A model generated the notes under the pieces. The model ran no database searches, was not told the DNA's origin, and was given only the letters and a program-made list of their open reading frames with translations. 64,000 nucleotides of DNA, from the sequence record PP601403.1. One strand, written 5' to 3'. The position numbers and the translations under genes were made by a program. Within the stretch, counting starts at the first letter, position 1; each line of letters begins with the position of its first letter. Positions 61,751 to 64,000 of this stretch are shown piece by piece.

Positions 61751-64000
61751 AGTTTTAATACAGGTAATGAACTTCCAAGTTTAGATGAGCGTGACCTATA
61801 CGACAATGCTCTTAATCTTGACAAAGCTATGAACAGTACCGATCCAACTTGGACAGACAGATTTGGAGTTGAGAAACCAACTATCGACACCGCTTTGAAA
61901 TCAACAGGGTTCATGCCAGCTGGGTTTGACTTTGTAACTGGCGGAACTCTCCAACCAGGTGATCGTAATAAAGCTGTTTATAATCCAGCACCTAACGGTG
62001 ATAATAATTGGTATCGTTGGAATGGTGCATTTCCGAAGGAAATTGCTGCTAACAGTCAACCTAATCCTAAAGATGAAAATAATTGGGTTCCTGTTTTAAT
62101 TAAAACAAGCTCAGTTGAAAGAGAAGCACTTCGTAGAACTTATTTAGAAGCTGGGTATAATCTTGTTCCTGGTAGTTTTGAGCAAGGAGCTGTTATAACT
62201 TCAGCTACTGACGTAGTACTTCATGAGAAAACAGGGAAGTGTTATTCTGGACCTATTGGTAATGTTTCCGCTGGGACCAACCCGACTGTCGGTGGGCAAT
62301 TTGTAGATGTTTCGCGTGTAACTAGCGTATCTGGAGGATTTAGATATGTAAGGACTCCAAAACCATTCGGGTCAGGGTTTTTATTGACCGATGTAAACCA
62401 AGTTGTGCTCCACTCTGATGGGATGTGGTATTACTATACTGGAACTTTGCCGCACGCTAATACCGAGCCTGAACCAATCTTTGAAGACGGGTGGAGGAAT
62501 GCTGGCCTTCTTGTTGGCGATAAGTATAACAGCCCATTAAACTACGGGGCCAAAGGAGATGGTGTCACCGGAGATGCCGTGGCAATCGGTTTGGCAATTA
62601 AGAACAATAATGACGTAGACATGACCTCACTACGATGGAGGATTGAAGACACTATCATCGTTGGGTCACGAAAAAATATCCGTGTAGACGGAAGTGTTCT
62701 TATATTAGACTGCGCCGGAAAAGTAGCTTTTAAAACAGAGGAGGGATCTCAGCTTATCTCCTTTACTGGAAGATCGTCACTGGTGTTGGGGGAGGCATTG
62801 GCGTTTATTCAACTAAGCGGCAAGACTGACTCGCCTACTGTGTTTGAAGACTACACACGTCTTGTTAACCTGATAGGTCTTACTCTTTCATCTCAGGATA
62901 TTGAATACTCGCTCATTTTCGATAAGTGCGTAAACGGGGTAACTATTGACGGGTGTCGTTTCACGACACGTAACGCAATCCTGTCTAATGGGAAATCAGT
63001 AGAGATCCACTGCTCTAACTCAATCTTCTTTGGGTGGAGCGTTGCTGGGTCAGTCGGCATAAAGATTACCTCATCCGGCAATGGCAACTCTTTCTCAGAG
63101 GGGTGGCATTTTGTAAACTGCTCAATGGATGCGTTTGAGACTACTATTAAAGTTCGCGATATCTTTGTCCTGACTATAGCTAATAGCTGGCTCACCTCCA
63201 AGAGAGGGGGTAAGGTGCTTGAATTCGACCGACCGGCCACCCTTAGCAACGCATCTATCGTAATAGGCGGTTGCGCTATTCTTGGGGAGATCTTCTTTAA
63301 CGACTCTCCTGGCGGGTACAACTACGATGCCAAGATTAACTCATGCACATTTACTGCCTTTGGTCGTATTACCATCGGTAGGGAGTGTGCAGGGATCGAT
63401 ATAGATGATGTGAGTTTCAAAAACGGAAGCGGGTACGCGATTCGGTTTCCTACAACATTTTCTACTACAGCTATCTCCATCACAAAATCAAGAGTGGATG
63501 GTACTTATACCGGTATAGTGGAGAACTTTTCAAACTATTCAGGCGGTGTATGTGTTAAAGATTGTAAAGGTAAAGTTTCATCTACCTTGGCAATGAAGGA
63601 GGATTCCGCATACTCCATGTTGTCATCTCAGTGGACACCTAGATTCGCTGTTTCGGCAAGTAGTATGGCAGGAGTTTCGGTATCAACTAATGAGTTCTTG
63701 TTTTCAACAGTTCCTGATTTCCCCTCTGGTGCCCACGGGATTATTAAAGGGCAGATAAGGACAACCAGTGCAACAGTTAACGGGCTGGCTTTCAAGGTTT
63801 ACTTAGATGGCTCAGAGATGATATCAGGTACAGGGTGGTCTACAAGGGAGGTGTACGCAGCCAATGGGTTGGCTATTATTGATATACCTATCTTCATTCC
63901 AGAGTCATATCAAGGCGTTAAATTACTGTCCGTCCAGTACGTGGGTGCAGGTAGCATAACTACCGCGCAAGGCTCTTATATACGGTTGGAGAAGTCATAA
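61748..64000 (+). CDS. Tailspike 4, putative depolymerase
   Basis: Anchor plus three Tail_spike_N-like domains, NYGAKGDG pectate-lyase-like start and a beta-helix; the stop codon falls at the window end. Confidence 0.85.
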   Translation: MSFNTGNELPSLDERDLYDNALNLDKAMNSTDPTWTDRFGVEKPTIDTALKSTGFMPAGFDFVTGGTLQPGDRNKAVYNPAPNGDNNWYRWNGAFPKEIAANSQPNPKDENNWVPVLIKTSSVEREALRRTYLEAGYNLVPGSFEQGAVITSATDVVLHEKTGKCYSGPIGNVSAGTNPTVGGQFVDVSRVTSVSGGFRYVRTPKPFGSGFLLTDVNQVVLHSDGMWYYYTGTLPHANTEPEPIFEDGWRNAGLLVGDKYNSPLNYGAKGDGVTGDAVAIGLAIKNNNDVDMTSLRWRIEDTIIVGSRKNIRVDGSVLILDCAGKVAFKTEEGSQLISFTGRSSLVLGEALAFIQLSGKTDSPTVFEDYTRLVNLIGLTLSSQDIEYSLIFDKCVNGVTIDGCRFTTRNAILSNGKSVEIHCSNSIFFGWSVAGSVGIKITSSGNGNSFSEGWHFVNCSMDAFETTIKVRDIFVLTIANSWLTSKRGGKVLEFDRPATLSNASIVIGGCAILGEIFFNDSPGGYNYDAKINSCTFTAFGRITIGRECAGIDIDDVSFKNGSGYAIRFPTTFSTTAISITKSRVDGTYTGIVENFSNYSGGVCVKDCKGKVSSTLAMKEDSAYSMLSSQWTPRFAVSASSMAGVSVSTNEFLFSTVPDFPSGAHGIIKGQIRTTSATVNGLAFKVYLDGSEMISGTGWSTREVYAANGLAIIDIPIFIPESYQGVKLLSVQYVGAGSITTAQGSYIRLEKS

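Noticed and set aside
45714-64000. Diversity-generating retroelement acting on tail fibres
   Set aside because: No reverse transcriptase and no template/variable repeat pair differing only at adenines were seen.
1-64000. Site-specific invertase, integrase or transposase to drive the 12.4-kb inversion
   Set aside because: No serine or tyrosine recombinase motif was recognised in any ORF; one could lie outside the window.
1-64000. tRNA, rRNA, inteins, introns or homing endonucleases
   Set aside because: No cloverleaf or T-loop consensus in the intergenic gaps; DnaB, RNAP and ligase have normal lengths with no intein or LAGLIDADG/HNH motifs. Not confirmed by tRNAscan.
1-64000. Stop-codon reassignment
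   Set aside because: Known genes are full length under the standard code and coding density is high.

Overview
The window is a 64-kb segment of an AT-rich, phiKZ-like jumbo myophage (Chimalliviridae-type gene content; enterobacterial host likely from the tailspike N-termini). The nuclear-shell gene is not in the window, so nucleus formation is inferred only. 1-36.8 kb holds the conserved core: DnaB helicase, major capsid protein, N-terminal half of the non-virion RNA polymerase beta subunit, portal, baseplate and tail genes, RuvC, a holin candidate with an overlapped i/o-spanin pair, four paralogous tail-fibre scaffold genes, the central spike and an SbcC/Rad50 ATPase. 37-55.4 kb is mostly accessory: a signal-peptide lytic transglycosylase, NAD-dependent ligase, RNase HI, an HTH regulator, an HD phosphohydrolase and many unknown ORFs. 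Four tailspike/tail-fibre genes (45.7-47.9 kb and 55.5-64 kb) appear to be self-contained promoter-gene(-hairpin) cassettes with mosaic shared N-termini. Most notable observations: (1) an exact 72-nt/24-aa periodic array inside the 1,173-aa tail scaffold, whose motif resembles the N-terminal helix of all four tailspikes (candidate docking rack for branched receptor-binding proteins); (2) two convergent head-protein paralogues sharing a 252-bp inverted repeat that brackets a 12.4-kb core block (candidate payload-swapping inversion or gene conversion); (3) a secreted transglycosylase behind an early-type promoter; (4) a PDE-like HD protein; (5) a Ser-to-Cys variant of the S74 autocleavage site. 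No tRNA, rRNA, CRISPR array, intein, integrase or reverse transcriptase was recognised. All homology calls come from motif recognition and recalled synteny, not database searches.
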